From: a bacterium
GTDB taxonomy: Bacteria; Patescibacteriota; UBA1384; CAILIB01
Length of the DNA stretch: 64,000 nucleotides
Direction: 5' to 3'
Assembly: GCA_037131105.1 (NCBI GenBank)
Contig: JBAXRQ010000001.1
Location: 66,039-130,038 of the forward strand
Shown here: positions 1-7,872 of the stretch, one piece after another
Layout of the letters: each line of letters starts with the position of its first letter
Numbering within the stretch: the stretch's first letter is position 1
The notes under the pieces: model-generated
The model's input: only the letters and a program-made list of their open reading frames with translations
Told to the model about the DNA's origin: nothing
Database searches by the model: none
Program-made: the position numbers and the translations under genes

Positions 1-81
1 ATTGGGATGGCCGATAGGAGCAATAACCGGCGCGTTACCCGCGTAGGCCTTCTGGACAAAAAGCGCAAGAAGTGATATCAT
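1..81 (-). CDS. possible 5'-partial CDS (27 N-terminal codons, runs off the window start)
   Basis: ATG at rc 79-81 opens the frame MISLLALFVQKAYAGNAPVIAPIGHPN, which continues past position 1; no clear SD. Confidence 0.2.
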   Translation of the reverse strand, partial: MISLLALFVQKAYAGNAPVIAPIGHPN

Positions 82-144
82 CGATCGATGTTGAAAGGTT
101 TCATTTCATTCATTATATGAATCTTACTCGTTAAAGTAAACGAT

Positions 145-1206
145 ATGTCACAAGAAGGAGAGATGGTTAACCCTACCTGGACTAAATATGTCTGTACCAT
201 AGGGCCTGCCAGTCAAAGTAGGGAAGTTATGGAAGGCCTCATTTTGGCCGGCGCAAATATCATGCGTAGCAATTTTGCACATACTCAGTACGACGAGTAC
301 CGGGAGCGCAAGGCTGTCGTGGATGATATGAATGCCCTTTATGGTCTGCACGTCGAGATGCAGGCTGATTTACAGGGTCCAAATATCCGGGTCGGCAGCG
401 GCATCCCCGAGGACGGCATGGATATTGAGGCCGGCAAGGAGTATACCTTCTATACCAATGCCTGCACCGATCCTCAGGAGGGCGAGATCCAGATCAATGA
501 TGAGACCCTGCACATGGATGTTAAGGCCGGTGAGCCTATTACCTTCATGGATGGTGCCCTGGAAGGTACCATTACTGCGGTAGACGGAGCCAGGATCAAG
601 TGCATACTGATCAACAGCGGTCGGCTGAAGCCCCGCAAGAGCGTTAATGTGCCTGATACCGACCTTTCTTCTCCTTCTATTACAGAAAAGGACCGCCGCG
701 ACCTGGAATTCCTCCTGGAAGCCGGTGTGGACTGGATCGCGCTGTCCTTCATCCCCAGTCGCAAGGAAGTGGATGAGATTCGTCAGATGATCGGTAGCCG
801 TCCGGTCAAGATCATGACCAAAGTGGAGCGCAAGGCTGCTATCAAGAATATCGTTGAGCTGGTAGACGCTTCCGACGCCATCATGATCGCCCGCGGTGAC
901 CTGGGCATCGAGATGCCAATGGAGGAGCTACCAATCCTGCAGCGCGATATGATCGACCTCTGCCGCCAGGCCGGCAAGCCGGTACTGACCGCTACCCAGA
1001 TGCTGATGTCCATGACCAGCGCCCTGCGGCCTACCCGCGCCGAGGTGTCTGACGTTGCTAATGCAGTATTTGCTGGTTCAGACGGACTGATGCTCTCTGA
1101 GGAGACCGCCGCCGGTATCGACCCGGTCAACGCTCTGAAGACTATGGTGAAGATCGCCCGCCGGATAGAGGAGTACAAGGCCCGCCCGAACTACTTCAAC
1201 CTTTAG
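145..1206 (+). CDS. pyk: pyruvate kinase, short form (353 aa, catalytic barrel only)
   Basis: TKYVCTIGPAS N-terminus, MTKVERKAAIKN, IMIARGDLGIEMP, LMLSEETAAG motifs; ends where the usual C-terminal regulatory domain would begin. Confidence 0.9.
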   Translation: MSQEGEMVNPTWTKYVCTIGPASQSREVMEGLILAGANIMRSNFAHTQYDEYRERKAVVDDMNALYGLHVEMQADLQGPNIRVGSGIPEDGMDIEAGKEYTFYTNACTDPQEGEIQINDETLHMDVKAGEPITFMDGALEGTITAVDGARIKCILINSGRLKPRKSVNVPDTDLSSPSITEKDRRDLEFLLEAGVDWIALSFIPSRKEVDEIRQMIGSRPVKIMTKVERKAAIKNIVELVDASDAIMIARGDLGIEMPMEELPILQRDMIDLCRQAGKPVLTATQMLMSMTSALRPTRAEVSDVANAVFAGSDGLMLSEETAAGIDPVNALKTMVKIARRIEEYKARPNYFNL

Positions 1207-1223
1207 GAGTTAGAAACAGAAAA

Positions 1224-1250
1224 AGGACCCCCGAAAGGGGGTCTTTTTTA
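1224..1250 (+). terminator. rho-independent terminator after pyk
   Basis: ggaccccc-gaaa-gggggtc stem-loop followed by a T6 run. Confidence 0.8.
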
Positions 1251-1435
1251 TTACCCAGATTATTGGAGAGTTATCCCATGTTATCCACCTGTGGAAAAGT
1301 GCCAAATGCTGAAAACCAAACATGCATATTAAAGGTATGATAGTATATGATTCATTATTTCTCTTGATTGCGCATAGCAAAACCACCCCCGACACAAACG
1401 TCGTGAGGTGGGTGGAATTGTGCGGCGGACCGCGA

Positions 1436-1774
1436 TTAGGCCTCGGCAGGTATTGTGGCGCTGTCGAGGAGTGCTCTCAGCTCCTCTGCTACTTGAGGAC
1501 CAAGGTTGAACTCGGAACGGTGCAAGATCCAGCGGATGATACCCAGGTCGATGCCGACGCCGGTGTGGTTTGGCTCCATGGCGTGGAAGAGGAGGACGGC
1601 ACTTGCCGCCTCGAAGCTGGTCATTGTGGTGGCGGTGGACTCAAAGCCATCGTCATACGTTATCAACTCGGCGTACCCACCTCCGAAACTGAAAGCGACC
1701 ATGTGGAGCTCCTTGTCCGGAGGTGTCTCTCCAAAAATAATCAGCGTACGTTCGGCTAAAGTACCTATCTTCAC
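1436..1774 (-). CDS. hypothetical protein (112 aa)
   Basis: GTG start preceded by AAAGGAG 7 nt upstream; the antisense + ORF lacks an RBS. Confidence 0.5.
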   Translation of the reverse strand: MKIGTLAERTLIIFGETPPDKELHMVAFSFGGGYAELITYDDGFESTATTMTSFEAASAVLLFHAMEPNHTGVGIDLGIIRWILHRSEFNLGPQVAEELRALLDSATIPAEA

Positions 1775-1876
1775 TTTGATCTCCTTTGTACGGCATCATG
1801 CCGGCCAGTGAGAGCTGGCAGTCGAAGAATACCATTTCTGCCTTAAAAAACAAGGCTCCTTTCAGATAGTTTCTTG

Positions 1877-1965
1877 AGCGTCAGGCAGTTGCTTATTGCT
1901 GCCTCCGCAGTACCGAATGGTTAGTTCAGTTTGAGGACAGTAGCAATAAGCAACTGCCTGACGCT
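1877..1965. promoter_or_regulatory. 24-bp perfect inverted repeat with a 41-nt loop, overlapping the stop codon of the antiporter gene
   Basis: agcgtcaggcagttgcttattgct at 1877-1900 and its exact reverse complement at 1942-1965. Confidence 0.6.
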
Positions 1966-3667
1966 AATCATAGTACAGCGCGTGGTTCTTGGCCTTTAGT
2001 AGCTTCAGCTCCTCGGCCTGCTGCTTGATGAAGCCGCGCAGCTCGTGATGCTCGTACTCGCTGATCAGGTCAGCTACATGCTCGCCGCCAAGCAAATGGG
2101 GCAGGATGACGTAATTGGCGCCCAGCTTGTAGTATTCCAGGGCGTCGTCGATGTGGTGGCTGGTGACGATAAGAATCGGCTTCTTGTGATGCGCCTTCAC
2201 CTCATTGATAAGGAAGGTGGTCTCCTGGCTGTGGGGGATGGTCGAGATGATCATCGAGGCCTTGTCGGCCTGGATTAGCTCCAGAATGTCCTCGTCCTGT
2301 ACGTCGCCGTACAGGCAGTCTACGCCCTGCTCCTTGAGCCGGCGGATGATGTCGGGATTGAAGTCCACTACCAGCACCCGATGGTGCAGAGCCCGCAGCT
2401 TGCTGAGGATGTGGTAGCCCATGCGGTGATAGCCGAAGATGATAATATGGTTCTCCAGCTCCTTCTCCTCGGCCAAATACAGGTGTTCGCGACCGTTGTG
2501 CTCAATGTGGCGCAGCGGCTTGCGGACTAGGTTATAGAGCCTCTCACGGTTATTGAGCAGGATGGTCGAGACAAAGATGGAAGCGATGGTGGTGAAGACG
2601 ATGCCGGTGGCGATATCGGAAGAGATCTGTCCCTGGGCCAGGCCGATGCTTACCAGTATCAAGGAGAACTCACTCATCTGTCCTAGGCTTAGCGAGGTGA
2701 GGAAGGCTGTGCGGTTCCGGAAGCCGCGCAGGTGCAGGGTAATAAAGGTCATCAGGGGCTTCACGATGACCGTGATGACCATCATGCCACCGATCAGGGC
2801 GTAGATGGAGGGACCGGGTATGGAAAGCTCGGTGCCGAAGCTTACAAAGAGCAAAATGACGAAGAAGTCCCTCAGCGACCTCAGGCGGCTTAGGATATCC
2901 AGGCTGTACGGCAATGCCGCCAGGCTGACGCCGGCCAGGAAGGCGCCGATCTCTACCGGGAAGTCATAATACGATCCGGCAATGGCCACTACGAAGCACC
3001 AGGCCAGACTGGCCAGGAAGAGCAGCTCACCTGACCTGGCAATCCTTCTGAACAGGCGTGGCAGTACGTACTGGGAAAGGAAGTAGAGGATGGCCAGTAG
3101 GGCCAGTGACTTGAGTAGCAGTAGCAAGAGCAGGCTACCGGTGCCCAGGCTGCTGGGGCTGCCGACGCCACCCAGCACTATCATCACAATGATGGCAGCC
3201 ACATCTTGGAACAGCAGCAATCCAACCGAGAGGCGGCCGTGCAGGGAGTTCATGTCCCGGGACTCGGAAAGGATCTTGATGACGATAACCGTAGAGGAGA
3301 AGGAGAGGGCAGCCCCCAGATAGATGCCGGTAAGCACCGGAAGACCAAGTACTGTGCTTAAAAGGTAGCCAGCCAGGAAGCTGCCACTGACCTGGGCGCT
3401 GCCGATCAGGAAGGTAGTGGCTAATTGGTGCTTGGTCTTGCTCCAGTCAAGTTCCAGTCCGACCAGGAAAAGCAGCAAGGCGATGCCGATCTGGCGAATG
3501 CCCTCGAACAGGTTCTGGTTCTGAATGAAGTGGGCACCGATGGGGCCGAGAATGACGCCGGCGATGATATAGCCCAGTATCGGAGGCTGCTTGAGTAGGC
3601 GGACCGCCAGAGCGCAAAACGTGGCGGCGGCCACCACTACGCCTATTTCGGTAAAGATCGTGTTCAT
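1964..3667 (-). CDS. monovalent cation:proton antiporter (CPA2/Kef-type) with C-terminal RCK/TrkA-N domain
   Basis: about 12 TM N-terminus, then IIIFGYHRMGYHILSKL...VVDFNPD Rossmann-type RCK domain. Confidence 0.85.
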   Translation of the reverse strand: MNTIFTEIGVVVAAATFCALAVRLLKQPPILGYIIAGVILGPIGAHFIQNQNLFEGIRQIGIALLLFLVGLELDWSKTKHQLATTFLIGSAQVSGSFLAGYLLSTVLGLPVLTGIYLGAALSFSSTVIVIKILSESRDMNSLHGRLSVGLLLFQDVAAIIVMIVLGGVGSPSSLGTGSLLLLLLLKSLALLAILYFLSQYVLPRLFRRIARSGELLFLASLAWCFVVAIAGSYYDFPVEIGAFLAGVSLAALPYSLDILSRLRSLRDFFVILLFVSFGTELSIPGPSIYALIGGMMVITVIVKPLMTFITLHLRGFRNRTAFLTSLSLGQMSEFSLILVSIGLAQGQISSDIATGIVFTTIASIFVSTILLNNRERLYNLVRKPLRHIEHNGREHLYLAEEKELENHIIIFGYHRMGYHILSKLRALHHRVLVVDFNPDIIRRLKEQGVDCLYGDVQDEDILELIQADKASMIISTIPHSQETTFLINEVKAHHKKPILIVTSHHIDDALEYYKLGANYVILPHLLGGEHVADLISEYEHHELRGFIKQQAEELKLLKAKNHALYYD

Positions 3668-3760
3668 GATGTCATTATAACCTGGCGAGGGGTCTCCGGT
3701 CTAATGAGTTGAGCCGTGCTTACCAGAGCCTATTATCCCTGTTGCCTCCTGCCCAACAGA

Positions 3761-3789
3761 TTGACAAAGTGGTCGGATTGGCCTATACT
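3761..3789 (+). promoter_or_regulatory. sigma70-like promoter (TTGACA-17-TATACT) with an A-rich leader of about 90 nt
   Basis: consensus hexamers upstream of the 3879 gene. Confidence 0.45.
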
Positions 3790-3878
3790 AATATAATTTC
3801 CAAAAAGGAAAAGACGAATACCAAAAAGAGGCGCGACAAAAGAGGGTTCAAAAGAAAAACAAAAACAAAAAGGTTCGC

Positions 3879-4433
3879 ATGACTTCCCAGTCTACCCGCA
3901 CAACCTATCGTCAGATCGCCGTCGCCTTCGTGGTATTCCGCTTGGTGGCGTTCTTCAGTGCCTCGCCTCTGGCTTTCGCCAAGGCAGGGGATACTGGCAC
4001 CGTGAGCGCTGCGGCTACCTCCGCCCGTCTTGAGCAATTCCCACCTCAGCAGTTTCTTGACCTCACCAATGCCGTCCGCCAGACCTACGGTGTCCTTCCT
4101 CTTACCCTGGATGACCAGCTGAATGCCGCCGCTCAGGCCAAGGCCCAAGATATGGTGGACAAGGGGTATTGGGCCCACTTCCGCCCCGGTGACAACAAGG
4201 CTCCTTGGGACTTCATTAGCGAGGCCGGTTATAGCTACCACGTGGCAGGTGAGAACCTGGCCAAGGGTTTTCGTAGTCCTGAGGGCATTACCCAGGCCTG
4301 GGTTGCTAGTCCTACTCATTTGGCTAACCTGGTTTCTCCTAAGTATAGTAATGTCGGATATGCCAGCGTGATGAGCACTGACAGTGATGGCTCTTCAGTC
4401 CTCCTGACTGTTGAAATGTTCGGCCACAAGTAA
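3879..4433 (+). CDS. CAP/SCP (PR-1-like, YkwD-type) domain secreted protein
   Basis: signal-anchor N-terminus; HVAGENLAKG and ASPTHLANL motifs typical of the CAP superfamily. Confidence 0.7.
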   Translation: MTSQSTRTTYRQIAVAFVVFRLVAFFSASPLAFAKAGDTGTVSAAATSARLEQFPPQQFLDLTNAVRQTYGVLPLTLDDQLNAAAQAKAQDMVDKGYWAHFRPGDNKAPWDFISEAGYSYHVAGENLAKGFRSPEGITQAWVASPTHLANLVSPKYSNVGYASVMSTDSDGSSVLLTVEMFGHK

Positions 4434-4448
4434 GAACGTGCGGGTTTT

Positions 4449-4931
4449 GTGGAGGTCGTGAAGTGCTATAATGGGCTTGTGAGCAGCCATCCTTACCGAT
4501 ATTTTTTCCGCCGCCTCTTACTCTGGCTGCGCGGTTCATTCAGCTTTCTCTGGCTGGCCCTGGTGGCCGGCTACTTGATGGTGCTGGCTGGGCACGCCGT
4601 CTACGCTAATTATCAGTCCCAACAGGAAACGGTTGACCTGCAGCGACAGCTTGTCAGGTCCCAGGAGCAGGAGGCCCGGTTGAATGCTCTTCTCATTTAC
4701 TATCGCACTGACTCGTTCAAGGAAAAGGTGCTGCGTAAGGATCTTCTTCTGAAATTGCCACAGGAACAGGTGTTTGCGCTTCCGGAGTCAAGCGGTAGTG
4801 CCAGTGAGCTTGATGAGGGGACGGTGGCGGAAGGTTTGGCCGATACGTCGTCTGTCTCTGGAAAAATAGAAAACGCCGGAGAATCCATATGGCGGCGGTG
4901 GGTGGATTACCTCTGGACCGGGCAGCGCTAA
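4449..4931 (+). CDS. septum formation initiator (FtsB/DivIC-like) protein
   Basis: single TM followed by coiled coil, then KEKVLRKDLLLKLPQEQVFALP; GTG start. Confidence 0.5.
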   Translation: MEVVKCYNGLVSSHPYRYFFRRLLLWLRGSFSFLWLALVAGYLMVLAGHAVYANYQSQQETVDLQRQLVRSQEQEARLNALLIYYRTDSFKEKVLRKDLLLKLPQEQVFALPESSGSASELDEGTVAEGLADTSSVSGKIENAGESIWRRWVDYLWTGQR

Positions 4932-4967
4932 ATCCCGGTTTTAACCTGTTGATATGTGGCTAGGGGA

Positions 4968-4996
4968 TTGACAAATCCCCCTTTTTGTGGTACATT
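4968..4996 (+). promoter_or_regulatory. sigma70-like promoter (TTGACA-17-TACATT)
   Basis: hexamers upstream of 5054; small hairpin ggggattgacaaatcccc overlaps the -35. Confidence 0.4.
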
Positions 4997-5053
4997 GGCT
5001 CAACTATCCACAGCCTGCGTGAGTGGGAGTGAGGTAGCGGAGGTGTAAGTATA

Positions 5054-5740
5054 ATGGTTAAGTTTTCGACGATTCTCGTTTTGCTTGCTGTTTTTTCCGG
5101 GATGGCCCATGCGGCAATCAACGTGGAGAGCGTTACTACCACAGCGGTGGTAAATACGTTAGCGGTTGATCAACTGGACGACTCGTCTAGCATCGCTAAA
5201 TACATCTTCCACGATGCTGCGGCCCACCAGGTCGCAACGGGCAGCTACTGTCTGCGAGTCAACTCGACGCTGGTCATCTCGACCACCGACTACAGTCAGT
5301 GTGCTACCCTCGACATGAGGGCCGACCTGAGTGGTCCCAGCGGGACGGTCTGCCTTACCAATAGGGTGGAGAAGACCGTCCAAAATAGGGATGTGGCGTC
5401 GGGCCAGTATCAATGCGCCCATCGCCAAGCGGTGAGGGCAGCAGCGTACTGCATGGTCGGTCTGATACGTAACCAGATCGAATCTTGGGAGCGTAACTGC
5501 CGCCACCCGTACATCACGGGGCCTTACTACTCTGACCAGGTCTGCACGACGCCGCGCCGGTATTGCGAGCCGCCGGTAGTCTACACGACGCCGCGCCGGT
5601 ATTGCGAGCCGCCAGTGGTCGTCATCGAGAGCCATTTCGGGGGTGGTAGAAGTCGTTTCCCCGTTAATATCATCATCCCTGTGCAGCCACAAGGCTGTCG
5701 GGATGACAGGAGGGGAGGTTATCGCCACTACGGGCGCTAA
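5054..5740 (+). CDS. secreted Cys-rich hypothetical protein with tandem TTPRRYCEPPVV repeat
   Basis: signal peptide MVKFSTILVLLAVFSGMAHA; 39-nt unit repeated twice. Confidence 0.6.
   Translation: MVKFSTILVLLAVFSGMAHAAINVESVTTTAVVNTLAVDQLDDSSSIAKYIFHDAAAHQVATGSYCLRVNSTLVISTTDYSQCATLDMRADLSGPSGTVCLTNRVEKTVQNRDVASGQYQCAHRQAVRAAAYCMVGLIRNQIESWERNCRHPYITGPYYSDQVCTTPRRYCEPPVVYTTPRRYCEPPVVVIESHFGGGRSRFPVNIIIPVQPQGCRDDRRGGYRHYGR
5546..5623 (+). repeat. 2 x 39-bp in-frame tandem repeat inside the CDS
   Basis: acgacgccgcgccggtattgcgagccgcc(g/a)gt(a/g)gtc(t/g)(a/t)c repeated. Confidence 0.8.
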
Positions 5741-5755
5741 TCTCAAAGAAGTACG

Positions 5756-5796
5756 AAAAGGGCGCGACCACATCAGTGGTCGCGCCCTCTTTCTTT
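5756..5796. terminator. bidirectional terminator between convergent genes
   Basis: gggcgcgaccac-atca-gtggtcgcgccc 12-bp stem, A-run upstream and T-run downstream. Confidence 0.8.
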
Positions 5797-5808
5797 GATT
5801 TCTAGGAA

Positions 5809-6258
5809 CTACTGGGTGGAAACGTTGGTGGAGTCGCTGCCGCCGACCGTGGTGCCGATACCGACGGCAAAACGGACGATGAAGAAGGCGGCTACGATGA
5901 CCACGATACCGATGACGGCGTTGATGATACCCTGGCGGGCTACCTTGGCTTTTTCTGCATTTCCGGCCGAGGTGATGTACTGGAAACCTGACCAGATCAG
6001 GTAGATCACAGCAAGGATACCGGCCAACAGCAATAGGATGTTGATGGCACGTCCAGCGATGGTGCCGATGCTGCCCTGTAGGTCATCAGCAGCTCCGGAG
6101 CCGTTGAAGTCAGTGCTTCCATTTATCTTGAGCTGGTAAGGGTCATTTCCTCCGACGCCGTTAGCGGCGAAGGCGCGACCGGCTCCGGCCATGGCGAGTG
6201 TAGCTCCGGTAGCGAACATTCCTGCGTACGTATAGGCCTTATAGGCTAATTTCTTCAT
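5809..6258 (-). CDS. TrbC/VirB2-like (T4SS-pilin-like) small membrane protein, paralogue 1
   Basis: signal peptide ...AFA, then TM-YITSAGNAEKAKVARQGIINA-TM module shared with three upstream paralogues. Confidence 0.6.
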   Translation of the reverse strand: MKKLAYKAYTYAGMFATGATLAMAGAGRAFAANGVGGNDPYQLKINGSTDFNGSGAADDLQGSIGTIAGRAINILLLLAGILAVIYLIWSGFQYITSAGNAEKAKVARQGIINAVIGIVVIVAAFFIVRFAVGIGTTVGGSDSTNVSTQ

Positions 6259-6343
6259 TTTCCTCCTTCTGGATTATGATTGTTACACTTATTGTAAGGT
6301 GGATCAGTTTTGCCTGTCAATCTCTGTATCGGCAAATAGACTC

Positions 6344-6775
6344 CTAAACCCTGCCTGCGAGGATGCGGGCAACGCCTATAATGGCTCCTAGTAAGGTATA
6401 AGCCGTTGCTATTACAACGACGGCGAGCAAGGAGTTAATGATGACCTGGCGGGCGCGCGTGACCGCCTCAGCGCTGCCATTGGCGGTGATATAGAGGATG
6501 CCGCCGTAAATAAGGCTTAGGACTGCCAGGCCGCCGAGAATGGGGAGGGCGACACGGTTGACCAGATGGTCCCAGACGAAATTTCCTACCCGGTTTACGT
6601 CGTCACCCTGCCCGTCAATAAAGCCGAACTGGGCTACGATAGCGGGGCTATTTGTACCGGCCGTACCCTGGCCGACGATATCGGGTATGGTGTTTCCGGC
6701 GTGGACAGCTGTCGGCGTGACGAAGGCCAGAGCCAGAGGAAGTAGTCGAAATGCGGTGAGTAGGCGGGCGATCAT
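6344..6775 (-). CDS. TrbC/VirB2-like small membrane protein, paralogue 2
   Basis: signal peptide; LIYGGILYITANGSAEAVTRARQVIINS-TM module. Confidence 0.6.
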   Translation of the reverse strand: MIARLLTAFRLLPLALAFVTPTAVHAGNTIPDIVGQGTAGTNSPAIVAQFGFIDGQGDDVNRVGNFVWDHLVNRVALPILGGLAVLSLIYGGILYITANGSAEAVTRARQVIINSLLAVVVIATAYTLLGAIIGVARILAGRV

Positions 6776-7548
6776 TGTACGACGCCGCTAAGGCCTGATG
6801 GCGGGGTGCCTGCATTGATATTTCCATCCACGGTGGCCTGGATAGATCCGTACAGAATAATTTTGGCAAAGATGGTGATAATGAGACCGGCATAGACAGC
6901 GATGAGGATGGTCTTGGCCTTTTTGACGTTTGCCTCACTGGCAAAGCCGGCGATGTACAGGAGTCCGGCATAGACGGTGAAGATGACCGCAAGAGCGCCA
7001 GCCGCCCAGTTTATAAGGGTAAGCCCCTTGTAAGAGAAAAATCTGAAGACGTCCAGACCCCAGTCTGCCGGAGGACAGGCGTTGGCGCCGGTGGCGTCGG
7101 GGCGAAGGTTATCAGGAATAAGGGGAAATACTGTATTGGCTGCCGGTTCCAGCACTTCAATAGTGCAGCCAGTGATGGGGGCTGGTGGATCTGCGATGGG
7201 AAGCGGTGTAGCCGGCTTGGTGTCTGGCTTGGTGTCCGGTTTAGTACCAGGTTTGGTACCCGGTTTAGTACCCGGCTTGGTGCCCGGCGGATCAGCTGCC
7301 AGAGTCCGTGAACTGGATACATCGCCCAATGTTCGTTCCTGAATAGACACAGTCGAATCCACTACGGCGGCCTGTGGCTTGGTGACAGTAAGGGTGGGGG
7401 CCAGAGCAAAAAGCAGTAGGCTTCCCCCGATGGTGACGGGAACGCCAATCAAGGCTGTCTTTGACTGCCAGCCAGTAGGTCCGCCGCTGCTCCTGGGAGC
7501 CGGCTTTGAGTGGGGGAAGGATTTTCCGAGGAAGGACTTCTTGGGCAT
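6772..7548 (-). CDS. TrbC/VirB2-like membrane protein, paralogue 3, with K-P-G-T repeat linker
   Basis: C-terminal VYAGLLYIAGFASEANVKKAKTILIAV-TM module; start placed at the ATG at 7548 (MPKKSFLGK..., signal-like) rather than the ORF-track 7593 start, which overlaps the upstream gene. Confidence 0.55.
   Translation of the reverse strand: MPKKSFLGKSFPHSKPAPRSSGGPTGWQSKTALIGVPVTIGGSLLLFALAPTLTVTKPQAAVVDSTVSIQERTLGDVSSSRTLAADPPGTKPGTKPGTKPGTKPDTKPDTKPATPLPIADPPAPITGCTIEVLEPAANTVFPLIPDNLRPDATGANACPPADWGLDVFRFFSYKGLTLINWAAGALAVIFTVYAGLLYIAGFASEANVKKAKTILIAVYAGLIITIFAKIILYGSIQATVDGNINAGTPPSGLSGVVQ
7213..7288 (-). repeat. 12-nt x 6 in-frame tandem repeat encoding (K/D)PGT
   Basis: ggcttggtgtct / ggtttagtacc(a/c) units on the + strand. 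Confidence 0.8.
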
Positions 7549-7549
7549 G

Positions 7550-7864
7550 CTACCTGAAGAGGTGGGTGATAAACCTGACGATGATGGCGGCAAAGACTAT
7601 AAGAAATATACCAAGAACCAGGTTCAATAAGTTCTTCTTGGCGGTAGTCCAGGCCTCAGGCTTGCCTGCCGAAGTGAGTAGAAGCCAGGCACAGAAGAGC
7701 AGGCACAGAAAGCCGAGCGGATAGGCGGCGAAGGTCAGCAGGTCGAGAGCCCGATTGAAGAGGTCGGGTACAGTTGTGACCGTTCCTGGTCCTGGAATGG
7801 TCAGAACGGCATCATCGGCATGGGCCGTCCCGATACCTAGCAGCAGTGTGAAGAATGGGTTCAT
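7550..7864 (-). CDS. TrbC/VirB2-like small membrane protein, paralogue 4
   Basis: signal peptide ...TAHA; LLLTSAGKPEAWTTAKKNLLNLV-TM module. Confidence 0.6.
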   Translation of the reverse strand: MNPFFTLLLGIGTAHADDAVLTIPGPGTVTTVPDLFNRALDLLTFAAYPLGFLCLLFCAWLLLTSAGKPEAWTTAKKNLLNLVLGIFLIVFAAIIVRFITHLFR

Positions 7865-7872
7865 GGCCAGAA

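Noticed and set aside
1322-1759. Plus-strand ORF (145 aa) overlapping the minus-strand 1436..1774 gene
   Set aside because: The minus-strand ORF has a strong AAAGGAG SD and sits in operon orientation with its neighbours. The plus ORF has no RBS and a Gly/Arg-rich, GC-skewed translation.
7190-7300. Short tandem 12-nt repeats considered as a possible CRISPR or VNTR locus
   Set aside because: They lie in-frame inside pilin paralogue 3 and encode a KPGT linker. They lack CRISPR-sized 28-37-nt repeats and have no spacers.
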